Positions 1 through 14,979 of a stretch of 64,000 nucleotides of DNA are shown here, in pieces. The stretch's first letter is position 1. Every line of letters starts with the position of its first letter. The stretch lies in assembly GCF_009914755.1 (NCBI RefSeq), contig NC_060929.1; one strand, written 5' to 3'. Both the position numbers and the translations under genes were made by a program. This stretch comes from the human T2T-CHM13v2.0 reference genome, Homo sapiens. The notes beneath the pieces are model-generated. The model was not told the DNA's origin. It saw nothing but the letters and a program-made list of their open reading frames with translations, and ran no database searches.

Positions 1-103
1 CTCTGAAACCAGCAACATATCCACGGATTTTGCATACAATTTCAGGAGATTAATGAAAAACTTGAAGTTCATGGGTCCATGAATCCAAAGGTGAGAACAT
101 CTG
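1..103. mobile_element. hAT-Charlie MITE end fragment (Charlie4z-like), truncated by window edge
   Basis: tttgcatacaatttcagga...catgaatccaaaggtgagaacatctg resembles my recollection of the Charlie4z terminus (...ccatggaccccaggttaagaacccctg). Confidence 0.4.
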
Positions 104-515
104 AAAAAGATCTTGATATTGTGTCCATTTTAGGGTTCTTACCATCCGTACTCAAAATACCTTCCTTCATTTAACACTATTCCTTTAAAGCTGGTGTGAT
201 CGTCAAGCATTTTTATTGTTTTCACTCACTGAAGCAAATTGTTGTGTTCCTGTCAAGGACATTCTTTGTTTTTAAGAATTAATCTTTCCCAAGATTAGGT
301 TGGGAAAGTGTGAGGTGGGAACTTCTAGGTTGTAGTATGAGGTAGAAAATGTGTATTATTTCACTCACAATTTTCCGGCCTTTCTCCACTCATTTCCTCT
401 CCATCACTCTCTTAGGAATCTGCTTCTACTAACAGCTCTTGTTCATTTTATTTTTCTATGAATCCACTCTCTTATGGATGACAGATTTTCACTCCCACAT
501 AAACTTTCCTCCTAG

Positions 516-971
<456 letters not shown>

Positions 972-1739
972 TCATTTTCACTTTTAACTAATGCAATTGA
1001 TTTCCTTAGTAAAATAATGCTGTAATAATGAAATGTTAGTCAAGTAACCAGAATAATAGAAGTGCCATATGTGGAAAAGAAGGCAACTGACATTAATGCT
1101 ATTCCAATTATTTCCTGGGTTCTATTTTTAGAGATACATGCCCAATCATATTTTCCATAAATAAATGTGCCTCTAGTTGCACTACTCAAAAGGATAGCTT
1201 TGTCTCCATTCTGAACTGAGAAATACATGCCAAAATACTGTATGTAGTCTCTCTTGCAAGTTGTATCACATTTACTTGACAATGGTAAAATGTAGCTATT
1301 ACTCCATTAAACAATAAACAAATGCACTCATAAATAAACACATGAGTAAAAGAGCATTTATATAATAGTTATGTGCATTTATACATATAAACATTCACAC
1401 ACATGCATAGATAAAGGAAAGATGTGGAATATAAAGAGAGAATCAAAGGGTGATTTTACCTAAATATGCAAAGTATCTGTGAGAAAAAAAATTTAAAATA
1501 TTGTCAGAAAATAAAATAGATAAAGTGAGGTGGAATGTTCTGTTGCAATACAAAATTACTCTTATAAGGAATCCTGGTCATTAGTATTCAAAAATATGTA
1601 ATAATTTAAAATAAGTGGGAAAAAGAATGTTTTGACAATAAGACTATATAGCATTTTTATAAATCATTTGCAGTTTTGTAACTACTTATTGCTCTGTAAA
1701 ATACTACTTCAAAATTGAACGATTTAAAACAAACTTTTA

Positions 1740-2055
1740 CTGTCATGCAACACTTAGCAATGGGAATAGTTTCTGAGAAATGTATCATTAAGGGATTTAG
1801 TTGTTGTGTGAACATCATAGAATGTACTTATACAAATCTAGATCATATGGCCCACTACACACCAAGGCTATATGGCCTATTGCTCTGCACTGCATGCTGG
1901 TGTACTGAATACTGTAGGCAAGAGTAGAACAATGGTGTTTGTGTATCTAAACATAGAAAAGGTACAACAAAAAATACAGTGTTATAATCTTATGGGACCA
2001 CCATTTTTTCTAAGGTCTGTCATTAATCAAAATGTTGTTATGCACCCCATCATTG
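1740..2055 (-). mobile_element. Tigger3a/MER7A-like (TcMar-Tigger) DNA transposon MITE
   Basis: ttataatcttatgggaccacc, tgtactgaatactgtaggca and ctaaacatagaaaaggtaca motifs. Degenerate TIRs (ctgtcatgc.../...catcattg). TA on both sides (1738-39, 2056-57). Confidence 0.85.
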
Positions 2056-2194
2056 TATTTGTATGATTATTTGGGTCAGAAATTTGAAAAGGACTCAAAA
2101 GGACAAACTTGGGCACTTTGTCTCTGATCCAGGTAGTGGCAGCTGAGAGAGTTGGGTCCTAAAGATCCACTTCCAAAATGGTTTCAAAACAAAA

Positions 2195-2741
2195 TAGTTG
2201 TTAAGTTTTTATTTCTATGTATATTTATTGATTCTGATTGGCACCATGAGGTTTCTAGATCAGGGAACACAATGATTATTGGCTCACACAGTGATTTTAT
2301 TACCAGCTCACCACACCCTGATTATCTTTCCAGTTGACACAGTGAGGGCCAGATATACCCTGCTCCTTCAAGAGGCTTGAACCAAAGGAGAGAAACCTTA
2401 TAATTATGAATTATTGGAGCTTATAAAACTTGCTGATGTAACTACCCCCTCCTCCTTTCTACAGAGAGAAAGAGAGAGAGACAGAGAGAGAAAGAGGCCT
2501 AGCCTTTTCTCTGGAATATAAATAAAATGCTCTCCAGGGAGAGGAAGAGATTTCTAGGCCCATCACCATTTGCAATGCAAATAAATGACTCTTGAGAGAT
2601 ACAACTGTTAACCTCTCTGAAGGTCTCTTTCTTTAGGGTTGCTATTTACTGACCTGCCCCTCTTCCCCAGCCCCCAGCAATCTTTGCTTAGAAAGCCCTG
2701 ACTGTATAGAAATGTGAAAGTAATAACATTATTTCCAAGCA
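2195..2741 (-). mobile_element. ERVL-type solo LTR (MER73/MER74/MER54-like; subfamily uncertain)
   Basis: Interrupts the MLT1 LTR. End ...ctttgcttagaaagccctgactgtatagaaatgtgaaa...ccaagca resembles this LTR group. Imperfect caaaa/cataa flanks. Confidence 0.45.
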
Positions 2742-4186
2742 CATAATATCTGGCACCTTGGTTCTCCTTGTCCTACTGCTCTCTTTCATTCTCTCTTATT
2801 CTCTTTCTCTCTCTGTCTCCATGGCATCTTATATTCCACAGTTCTTCCATGGTTTTTTTTTCTTTTTTTTTTTTTTTTCACAATGTGGGGCTCTAACAGA
2901 AGCCGTAATTCTTACAGAATAGATGGCTTCCAAGAGGTAGGGAGCAGAAACAGGCACAGCACCACTTCTGCTTATTCTATTGTCAGAGCAGTCACATGGC
3001 CTTCCCGGATTCAAGATAGTGGAGAAATATTCTCCAGCTCTTTATGGGGTGGAGGGAGAGCGACAAGGTCACATTACAGAATTGTGGCTATCTTTGGAAA
3101 ACACAATCTGCTACACAACATAAAGACATTTTGAAAGAATGGACTTACTAGAACAAAGAAATACTGTAGTTGGATAGTAAAACTCACCATGAAAATAAAT
3201 AATATACAAATAACTAAATGTCTGATACAGATCAAGGTGCTCCTTAACAAAGACCCAGATTTATTCTGAAAGTTCCTTAGACTGAAGAATAAAACAAATG
3301 CTTGAGGGCACAAGGATAGAGTTTAGTCCTTGCAGCACTTGATCTGGCTTAGATAGGTTTGGGGGAGTCTGGGCACAGGGGAGTTCAGCCTACAACATCA
3401 TTTAGGTAGGGCTCCTTAGATCTAAAAGCTTGATTTTACTTTTAGATAAACGTGAGGCTTGAAGACTTTCTTAGACTGCCTATAGGCCTCTCTGTTTTGA
3501 TGTACTTCCCAGCCATTTCCATTCTCCAGAGTGTTGGCTATTCTCTGGAGTCTCACAACCATTATGAGAGGCTGATAAAGAAAACTGAGACTGATTCTTT
3601 CTTACTACAAAATCTATATTCCCTCAGACTGAGAAATGTTTTTTTCAGTTCTCAAGGTGAGGTAATGTTCTCCCTACAGATTTTAAAAATTATTGCTGAG
3701 ATCTGAAAATGCTATTTTACTTTTTTCTCCTCGTTTGAAAATTATAGTGGTTAATGTATATTAAATTATAAGTAGAACACAGAAGAAAGATGACAGGTAT
3801 AAGATGAGAGTCAGAATACTTAGTAGTTCTGGTTCTGCCTCTGTAAGCTAAACAAGTCACTCAAAATTCCTGGCCTTATTGTTTTCATCTAGTCAAGCTG
3901 GATCGGGTCATGATCAGTACTGCCCTGAAAAGGCACCAGTGAAGCTCTAAATGCCTGATGGGTCCATAATCTACTTCTGAGGAAAGCAGCTTCCAGCAGT
4001 TTTTCCTAAAGATGCTATGTCTCATGCATAAAATATATGTTAAGCAATGCTATGTCCCAGGTCTTAGCTAACATTTATTGAAGGAGCAGATAATGCAAAT
4101 TTTTTGTAAGCACTATCACGTTTAATTCCCACTCCTGCGCTGTAAAGTATCATTATTCTCTCATTTTAAAAATGAGAAAAGTGTAT

Positions 4187-7100
4187 AGATGCTGAAGGCA
4201 AGATGGTCAACTTGGCCAACTAGATGCAGCCAGTAAGCCCTACTTCCACAAAGAAAACCAAAATAGGAAGTAGATATTCGTATTTGGAATAGATTATCTA
4301 AGAAAAACACCCCAGAATTTAATGAAGAAGTGAATTTAACAAAGGAAATAACAAAAGGAAAGGATAGGGAGGCAAGGCAGCCTTCTCAGCCAGGAATGGC
4401 CAGGAACTGGGAAAAGTTCCCAGACACAGGGAAAGGGTGAGTGACCCCTGCAGGGCTCCACATTCCCTCCATGGAATTTTACAATCCTAGCCACAGGAAA
4501 GCAACTCAACTCTTGTGGGTCTGGAGACCAACATAGGGAGCTACATAGAAATTATGCAGAGCATTGCTCCAAAGAGAGAGCTCACACCGAGCCCTACAGG
4601 CTTTGGAGCCCTGAGCAGCTGCTGCATTGTGCCACTCTGAGAACTAATCTCTTAAAGGATGGTGTCCTGCCCTGGGGCCAATGCTGCTGATTCTACCACT
4701 GGATTAAGGAGGGAGAAAGGAATGCCGGGCACCTTGACACACCCGAAAGACTAATCATACTGCCACTGTTGTGGTCTTTTGTGCGATTCAGACACAAGCA
4801 AACCACAAGCCTCACAGCTGTCTACCTATGCTACTCCCACTGAAAGTGGCCCTGCCCTCCCTGGGGACTGACACACAGTGCAGCCACCACTGCCTCCACC
4901 TGAGCATTTTGCCAGCAGCGTGGGGACCACTCCACCCATGACTATCAGCTAGCACTTGAATACACTTACAGGTGGCCTGTGGGCAAGTCTGCCAGCCCAG
5001 TCCCATCCACCCAGTATACAGTTCAGTATCTCCCACCCCAGTCCATCACCACTGGCATCTCAACCTTCCTTTCAGGGTCTGAGAGTGGGTTGACCAAACA
5101 TGCCAATGTCACCACAGCTGGCACCCACCCACATGTGACAACAGTAGGCCATGGAACTGGCCTGCCCATCTCATTGCAGCCACTACCAGCACCAAGGCCA
5201 GCTGCCTTAACACTGCTGTCGCAATTGTCCACTTCATACTCACTGTCCAGGGGCCCAAGAACCAGTCCACCCCTACCCACTGCTGTCACTACTGGCATAT
5301 GAGCAAGCCACTGGGAGGCCTAAGAACTGGCCTGCTTTGATTCTGTAACAACAGAGTGAGCATACACAATTCTGGGGCTCAAGGACAGGCACACTCAGCT
5401 AACCATTGACGCTACTGGAGCCTGAAGACTCGCCCACCTGGTATTCTAGTCCCAGAAAAGCTTCATCACAGCCCCCACTTATAAGTGCACCCCAAAACAC
5501 CAAGGAAATCACAGATACTGTTTACAGCTGAAGAAATAACACAGAGACTACATACACTATTGCATGGGCACAAATTCAAAGGCAAAGTACCCTATTCAAC
5601 CAAAACCACATATATGTCTTCAGGAAAAAATCCTCCCATAAAAAAGCAAATTCAAAAAATTGGAAGAAATGACTATTATACCAGATATGCACATATCAAT
5701 GTAAGGACATAAGAAATATTAAAAAGGAAAAAAAATGATACTTCCAAAGGAATAAAACCATTCTCCAGTAACAGAACTCAATCCAAGAGAAATTCACAAA
5801 ATCCTAAAGAATTCAAAATACTGATTTTAAAGAAGCTCAGTAAGATACAAGATAATTCTGAAAAAAAAAAAAAAAAAAAAACAAAGATATCAGACAAACA
5901 AGGATATGAATGAAAAATTTACTGAAGAGGTCTATATTTAAAAAAGAACAAAACAGACATTTTGGAATCAAAAAATTCATTGAATGAAATAAAAATATAT
6001 TTGAAAGCTTCAATAATGGACTAGATTAAGCAGAAGGAAGACTCTCAGAACTTGAAAACAGGTGTTTAAAAATAATCCAGTCAGACAAAAATTAGCAAAA
6101 ATAAATTTAAAAAGAATGTGCAAAGCATTCATGTATTTGGAACAACATAAAATCATCAAATATTCAAATTATTGGTGTCCCTGAGAGCAAAGAGACAATG
6201 AAAGGGTTAGAAAGCCTATTTAATAAAATAATAGATTAAAAAAATCCCCAAATCTAGCAAGAGACTTAGACATTTAGATAGAGGAATCTCAAAGTCCTCC
6301 AAACACATATAATGTAAAAAGTCTTCTTTTCAGGGGCCCAACTAAACAGAATTATATTATGGCATATTATAGTCACACTGTCTAAAGTCAGACAAAGAGA
6401 TAATTCTAAAAGTATCAAGGGAAAAGCATCCAGTCACTTATAAAGGTACCCCAATGAGACCAACAGCATGTTTCTCAGCAGAAATCTTACAGGCCAGGAA
6501 AGAATGGGGTGACGTACTCGAAGTGCTGAAAGAATAAAATAAACTGCCACCCAGGGATACTATATCCAGCAAAATTATCCTTCATAAATGGACATGTAAC
6601 ATCTTTCTCAGACAAGAAAATGGTGAAAGAATTCATTACCCCTAGACTGGCATTAAAATAAATGATCAAGAGAATCTTAAACTTTGAAGTGAAAAGATGA
6701 CATTTACCATAATGAAAACCCATTAAAGTATAAAATGCACTGACAAACCAAAGATGCAACTGAGGAAGAAAAAGGATTTGAATGGTGCCACTACAGAAAA
6801 CCACGGAACCACAGTGAAAACAACAAGAGAGGGAAAAAAATGTATTTACAAACAACCAGAAAACAACAATATGATTGAAACAAAACCTCACATATCAATA
6901 ATAACCTGAAATGTAAATGGATTAAAGTCTATGTTTAAAAGATATAGCCTGAGTGATGGATAAAGAAGCATAATCTAAATATACACTATCTACAAGAAAT
7001 ACATTTTACTTGTTAAAAAAAAACCTTATAGACTCAATCTAAAAGGATGCAAAAAGATATTCCACACCAAAAAAAGCCAAAGCAAAAAAGGAGTAGCTAT

Positions 7101-10100
7101 GTTTATATCAGATAAAACAGACTTTTAAGCAACAAAAGTAAAAAAAAAAAAAAAAAGATCATTATACAATGATAAAGAGATTAATCCAGCAAGAGAAAAG
7201 AATGATCCTAAATATACATATATGCACCCAACACTGGAGCATGCAGATTCATACAGTAATTATTACTAGAGATAAAGGGAGATATAACAATATAACAGTG
7301 ACAGACTTCAACATCCCTTTCTCAGCATTAGAAAAATCCTCTAGAAAGAAAATCAATGAAGAAACATTAGGTTTAATCCAGACTTTGGACTAAATGGATC
7401 TAACAAACATTTACAGAGAATTGTATACAACTACAGATTGTACATTCTTCTCATCAGCATGTGAAACATTTTCCATGATAGACCACATGTTAGGCCACAA
7501 AACATGTCTCAAAAAAATTTTAAAAATCAAAATTATATGAAGTATATTTTCAGACCATGGAATTACACCAGAAACCAATACCAAGAGGAACTTTGGAAAC
7601 TCTACAAATGCATGGAAAGTAAACAATATGCTCCTTAATGATCATATGGTTTTGCTGTCCCCACTCCCAAGTCTCATCTTGAATTGTAATAGCCATAATC
7701 CCCACGTGTGGTGGAAAGGACTCAGTGGGAGATAATTAAACCATGGGACTGGTTTCCCTCATGCTATTCTTGTGATAGTGAGTAAGTTCTCATGAAATCT
7801 GATGGTTTTACAAGCGGCTTCCTGCTTTACTCAGCTCTCATTCTTCTCTCTCCTGCCACCATGTGAAGCAAGACATGTTTGCTTCCCCTTCTGCCATGAT
7901 TGTAAATCCCCTTAGACCTCCACAGCCATGCTAAACTGTGAGTCAATTAAACCTCTTTTCTTTAGAAATTACCCAGTCTTGGGTATGTCTTTATTAGCAG
8001 TGTGAGAATGGACTAATACATTGGGTCAATGAAGAAATTAAGGTAGACAGTTTTTAAATATCAGAAAAAAAGAAAATTGAAACACAACATACCAACACTT
8101 GTGGGATACAGCAAAAGTAGTAGTAAGAGGGAAGTTTATAGCAATAAATGTCTACATCAAAAAGTAGAAATATTTCAAGTAAACAACCTAATGATACACC
8201 CCAAGGAACTAGAACAGCCAGAACAAACAAAATCCAAAATTAGTAGAAGGAAAGAAGTAATAAATATCAGAGAATAACTAAATAAAATAAAGACTAAAAA
8301 AGCAATAAAAACTATCAATGACAGAAAAAGTTTGCTCTTCAAAATAATAAACAAAATTGATAAACAACTAGCTTGACTAATGAAGAAAGAAGAGATATAA
8401 CCCAAATAAACAAATTCAGAAATGAAAAAAGGAGACATTACAGCTAATACCACAAAAATACTAAAGCTCATCAAGACTATTATGAACAACTGTATGCTAA
8501 CAAACTGGGAAATCAAGAGAAAATCAGTAAATTCCTGGAAACATACAACCTCCCAAGACTGAATCAGAGAGAAATAGAAAACCTGAATAGATCAATTGCA
8601 AGTAGTGAGATTGAATCAGTAGCAAAAAGTCTTCCAAAAAGGAAAAGTCCATGACTGGGGGGAATCACAGCCAAAATCTATTAAACATATGAGGAAGAGC
8701 TTATACCAATGCTCCTGAAGCTGTTCCAAAAAAATTAAAGAGGAGGGAACTCTCCCTAACTCATTTTACAAGACTGGCTTTAACCTGATGCCAAAACCAA
8801 ACAAAAACAAAATAAAAATGCTATGGGCCAATATCTCTGAAGAATGTAGAAACAAAAATTTTAAACAAAATACTAGCAAACCGAATTCAACAGAACATTA
8901 AAAAGATAATACACCATGACGAAGTGGAATTTATATCAGGAGTGCAAGGGTAACTCAACATATACAAATTAATAAACATCATATATCACATGAATGAAAG
9001 ACAAAAGCCATACGATCATATTAAAAGATGAAGAAAAACATTTGGTAAGATTCAATCTTCCTTTCTGATTAAAAAAACTCCCAAGAAACTAGAAAAAGAA
9101 GGAATATATCTCAAAATAATAAAAGTCATATATAACAAACCCAATGCTAACATCATACGGAATGAGAAAAAGCTTAAAGCATTCTCTCTAAGATATGGAA
9201 CAAGACTAGGATGGCTATCTTCACCACTCTTATTCAACATAGCACTGGAAGTCCTGGCTAGAGCAGTCAATGCAAGAGAAAATAAATTAATGAAATGTAT
9301 CAAATTAAAAAAGAGAAAGGCATATTATCCTTCTTTGCTGATATTATTTTATATGTAGATAAACCTAAGAAATAAAAATTCTTAGATTTGATAAATAAAT
9401 TCTACAAAGTTGCAAGACACAAAACCAACATACAAAAATCAGTAGTATTTCTATGCACCAATAATGAAGTAGCTGAGAAAGAAATCAAGATGACAACTTA
9501 TTTAGAATAGTTCCAAAAGAAATAAATGCTTAGGAATACATTTAACCAAGAAATGAAAGATTTCTACAAGGAAACTAAAAATAACACTGATGAAAGAAAT
9601 TGAAGAGGACACAAACAAATGGAAATACATCCTTTGCTAGCAAAGCAGGAGAATTAGTATCATTAAAGTGGCCACAATCCCAAAGCAGTTTACAGATTCA
9701 ATGCAATCCCTACCGAAATACCAACATCATTTTTTTCACAGAATTAGAAAAAGTAATCCTAAAATTTGTATGGAACCAAAAAGGAGTACAGATAGCCAAA
9801 ACAATCCCAAGCAAAAACAATAAACAAAGGCATCACACTACTTGACTTCAGAATATATTACAGTGCTATAGTAACTAAACACCATGATATTGGTAGAGAA
9901 AACAGATACATAGACCAGTGGAACATATAATAGAGGATCCAGAAACAAATTTGCATGTTCATAACCAACTGATTTTTGATAAGACACCATAAAAATTCAG
10001 TGGGAAAGAATGGTGTCTTCAATCAATGGTGGTGGGAAAATTAGATAGTCCACATGCAAAATGAAACTAGACTCTTATCTCTCTTCATACACAAAAATAA

Positions 10101-11406
10101 ACTGAAGATGTATTAAAGACTTAAACATAAGACTTGAAACTATATACAACTACTAAAAAAAACTTAGGGAAAATTCTTGAAGATGTTGGTTTAAGCAAAG
10201 ATTTTATGGCTAAGATCTCAAATGTACAGATAACTGTAAGAAAAATATACAATGCCAAGTATATTAAACTTAAAAGTTTCTGCACAGCAAAAGAAACAAC
10301 CTGTCAAGCAGGAGAAAGTATTTGAAAACGATTCAACAGACAAGAGATTCATATCTAGAATATACAAGGAACTCAAACAACTCAACAACAACAACAAAAT
10401 AACCCCATTAAAAAGTGGGCTAAAAATATGACTAGACGTTTCTTAAAAGAAGACATACAAATGGCCAACAGGCATATGAAAAAATGTTCAACATCGCTAA
10501 TCATCAGAGAAACGCAAATCAAAACAACAATGAGATATCATCTTACAGCAGTTAGAATAGCTATTATTAAAATGATGAAAAATTCCAGGTGCTGGCCAGG
10601 ATTTAGAGAAAATGAACTCTTCTACAGGGTTGGTGGGAGTGTAGATTAGTACAACCACTATGGAAAACGGTATACAGATTCCTCAAAAAACTAAAAATAG
10701 AACTACCATAGAATCTAGCAATCCCACTACTGCATATTTATCCAAAGGAAAAGAAACCTCTAAACCAAAAGGATACCTGTATGTTTATCACAGCACCACT
10801 CACAACAGAAAAGATAGGGAATCACCCTAAGTGTCCGTTGATGGATGCATAGTTAAAGAAAATGTGTTGTATATACACAATGAAATACAATTTGGCCATA
10901 TAAAGGAATAATATAATATCATTTCCAGCAACAGAGATGGAACTGGAGATCATTATGGTAAGTGAAATAAGCCAGGCACAGAAAGACAGATATTACATGT
11001 TCTCAATTATATGTGGGAGCTAATAAACTTGATCTCATGAATATAGAGAATAGCATGATAGATTCCAGAGGCTGGGAAGGGTGTGTGGGTAGGAGATGGG
11101 GATAGAGAGAAGTTGATCAGAGGGTACAAACATATAGTTAGCTAGCATAAATAAGCCCCAATATTTGGTAGCAGAATAGGGTGACTATAGTTAGCAACAA
11201 TGCATTATATATTTCAAAGTAGAAGAGAGGATATCACCAACACATAGAAGTGATACATATTCAAAATTAAGGATACCCCACATACCCTCACTCAACCATT
11301 ATACATTCCATGCATGTAAGAAATACATGTCCCCATAAATGTGTAAAATATTTTGTAAATATGTAAAATATTTTGTATCAATAATAAATAAATAAATAAA
11401 AATAAA
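4187..11406 (+). mobile_element. Near-full-length degraded LINE-1, L1MA4-like 3' end
   Basis: 5'UTR beginning caagatgg (YY1-like motif), ORF1 remnants ~5700-6700, ORF2 EN/RT remnants (e.g. ORFs 10134-10325 and 10428-10649 match the L1 ORF2p C-terminus), L1MA-type 3'UTR (gggtacaaacatatagttag...agggtgactatagtt), (aaat)n tail. Many stops and frameshifts. Confidence 0.93.
7645..8020 (+). mobile_element. THE1D solo LTR inserted in L1 ORF2
   Basis: tatggttttgctgtcccc...gacatgtttgcttccccttctgccatgattgtaa...gtatgtctttattagcagtgtgagaatggactaataca. L1 sequence atgatca|ttgggtcaatg is continuous across it. 5' TG and left TSD appear lost. Confidence 0.9.
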
Positions 11407-12114
11407 GACTAGAAAAGCGAAACACACACAGATCTGTTAAAAACAGTCACTAGGCTTTACTTTGACTCTCACTTTATGAAAGGTGAGTTTTGAAATCTAA
11501 AATTGTGAAATTAAACTGGATTTATGTCCAGTGATAGGGCTAATAGAGACTCAAAATATGAATGCATAAATCATTATATTTTCCTCTATTTACTACACAT
11601 TCCTCCAGATTTTTTAATATGTCATTAAACATCAAGTCCGATGTCAGCATTAGAAAGTATCTAATTTTGTTTCCTAACAAAAGTGAGTTCATAAACTGTG
11701 ATTTATCTTTCACTGACATTACTACATTAGTGTGAGTTGTTGATAAGCTAATTTACAATGATAGACAAGATCAAGGCTTACCCTAAGGGTGATTTATCAT
11801 AGTTCCTATATTTGCTAACAGGCTGGCATGTGAAGCCTTTGAAAATATAATGAATTTACAATGTTTACCCATTATCTCACACCAGGTGATTAGTTAACCT
11901 ATTCCTTGCATATTTACATTCTTTCATATTGAGTTTCAGCAGCAAATATTTAGAGTTGTAATACATCAGTAGAATAAATTTGAAATATTCAAATGTTTAG
12001 CCATTGTGAAAATAAATACAATCATCTACCATAATTTATTTTACTTTTAGTTTACTATACTACCTTGCATTCATTTTATGAAATTAATTATAAATCAAGA
12101 AAAAAAGCAGCCTA

Positions 12115-12300
12115 CGATTTTAGAGTTCAAAGGAAACCTTAGAAATGATGTTGTTCAACTTTATTTTATAGACAGAACAAATGACAAAAGCTGGGAAGTA
12201 ATTTGCTCATTGTAACAAAGCTAGTTTGAAACAGGAGTTGGACTAGGTTTCTCAAAATCTTTTAATGTGATAAAAATCCTTTCATTAGTCACTACATCAT
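12115..12300 (-). mobile_element. MIR/MIR3 relic
   Basis: ttttagagttcaaaggaaaccttagaaatgat...attttatagac...aagtaatttgctc...aaagctagtt core-like motifs. Confidence 0.5.
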
Positions 12301-13309
12301 ATTTTCCTGAAATTACGATATTTCCTTTGCATTTATGAATCATTATTTATAACAATGCATCTTCTAGGAAATGGCATTTTTATAAGTGCTTAACATAGTA
12401 AATGATACTTTATTCTTATTGCTATTTGATAAAAAGAAAGATACATACACTGGGGCAGTAAAATCCCCCAGAACTATTTCGAGAATAGATGGTAACATTC
12501 ACATTCAAAAGTTTTAAGAGAGCTATTATTGTTTATAGTGTGCTGTAGATGGCATACATAAAAAAAGGATTGAATATAGTTCATAGAAATAAATCAAAAA
12601 ATTACATAAATTGCCTATGCCAAAATAAATTTAGGGAGTTTTGGTATAACCAGTTTAACATCACAGTTTAGTTATCAAACACACCATGTTTCAGTAATTC
12701 TAGGGAAAATTTATTTTTCACATTTGTATACATGTTGGAATTATCCTCCTAAATTTAGTATATCCCAGCAATCTTTGAATGTATATGTCCATGAAGATTT
12801 AATTAAGAAACACAATTCTTTGGGTCATATACTCAACTTTTCTGGCCATTTAAACCCTTTCTGTTTGACTGAATTTGAGCTGAGATGCCCATGGTAATAC
12901 TAATCTGATGATGTTTGCTGAAATATTAAGGAATGCCTTAATTCTTAGACTAGTCCAATATCTGTCTTAAAAGCTGACCTAGCATATGAATAGAACATTA
13001 TAGTATTACACGATTTCCTTTGAAGGAATTATGTCGGTGTGAGAAATCAAGCCCGCACTGTAAGTTTGAATTCTCAAAACAAACTTTAATATTTCATGGT
13101 TTCATTTATTTTCTATAAGATGTGCCTTTCTGTTTCTAAGTGGAAAAAGACATTAAAAAGTCTCAGTTAAGAATCTTTTGGGATGTGAAACAAGCAGTTC
13201 TGAGACAAATAATAGTTTGAGAAATTAAACATGAAAGCATCAGATTTATTATTCAAATTCCTTTGATACACATTTATTGTTTAAAAATTTTAAATTATGT
13301 TTTGATCAT

Positions 13310-13701
13310 TACTATGATTTGAATGTGTCTCCCAAAAGTTCCTCTGTTGGAATGTTAATTCCCAATGCAATAAACAGTGTTGGAAGTTGGGGCCTATTAA
13401 TAGGTGATTTTGCCATGAGGGCAGCGCCCTTACAAATGGCTTAATGGCATCATCACAGGGGCTGGTTAGGTATTATGAGTGGGTTGTTATGAAGTGAATC
13501 TGGACTCTAGTGCCTCTCTCTGTCTTACATCTTTATTTGACATTTTGCTATGTCATGAAGCAGCACAAAGGCCCTTGCCAGATGCTGGCACCATGCTCTT
13601 CAATTTTCCACCCTCAAGATCTATGAGAAATAAATTTCTCTGCTTAATAAATTATCCAGTCTGTAGTGTTCTATTATAGCAGGAGGAAAGGAACTAAGAT
13701 A
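13310..13701 (+). mobile_element. MST-family solo LTR (MSTC/MSTB-like)
   Basis: tactatgatttgaatgtgtctccc...gcccttgccagatgctggcaccatgctc...aaataaatttct...ctaagata with perfect 5-bp TSD atcat (13305-13309, 13702-13706). Confidence 0.88.
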
Positions 13702-14059
13702 ATCATTAACTGTAGATTTTATATATTTTAAATGTAGGATCAACTTGAGATATAAGTTTTAACTTTAAATGTTTATTTTTTTCACAGTGTAAACATAGCT
13801 CAACTAATAAAAATTGCAGCCATATAAAATACATTAAGGATATTTATATGTGAATATCTTGTTAAAATTTAGGTGGAATATTAAAGGGTTCCAAATGTAA
13901 GCAAAACGTATCTGAGCTGGAATAAAATTATACAACTGGATATGGCATATTTCCAAAACAATTATACTTTTCACAATGTTTCTACTATTCATATCATTTT
14001 ATAAGTGTGATTGCAGATTAAGGTCCTGGTAGCCAGACCAGAAGAGATGAGGTACATAG

Positions 14060-14330
14060 AAGAACAAGTAAATCACTGTAGATGACTGAATAAAGGAACA
14101 AAGAAATGGAGGAAATTCAAGGTCGTTGTGAAGATTTCAAATCTGGGTTGATGTTACAAGTAAAAGAAAGAGGGAAATCAGACAAGATGAAATGGAGAAA
14201 AGCTGTCTGTTTTAGAGAAGTTGAGTTGAGAAGTAAAGGTAATCAATAGAATGCTTTAGATATGGTTCTTAAAGCACAGCAATATGTCAGTTTGAAAATA
14301 AGTGTTGGAGACCAATGGATAATTTTATTT
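14060..14330 (-). mobile_element. L2 relic
   Basis: Purine-rich degenerate L2-like motifs (gatgactga...gaggaaattcaagg...tgttttagagaagttgagttgag). Confidence 0.4.
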
Positions 14331-14422
14331 TATTTTTCTCAAGCTATGTTTATTTCAGAATGTTTAAAAATCTTTCCTGGCTTATTTAACTATTTACAGA
14401 AGTGTATATTACAAATTATTCA

Positions 14423-14979
<557 letters not shown>

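Larger units (their letters stand above)
1669..3115 (-). mobile_element. MLT1-family (ERVL-MaLR) LTR, split in three pieces (~1669-1739, 2056-2194, 2742-3115) by two later insertions
   Basis: MLT1 motifs ttgctctgtaa...ttaaaacaa, gatccacttccaaaatgg, caccacttctgcttattctattg, and terminus tctttggaaaacacaatctgctaca. Confidence 0.65.

Noticed and set aside
4168-4183. Possible TSD of the L1MA4-like element (agaaaagtg vs agaaaagcg at ~11411)
   Set aside because: Only 8/9 match in A-rich sequence. Plausible but too weak to report.
4979-5302. Thr/Pro/Ser-rich 107-aa ORF resembling a mucin-like peptide
   Set aside because: Lies within the L1 5'UTR. Composition reflects the C-rich repeat, with no splice or promoter support.
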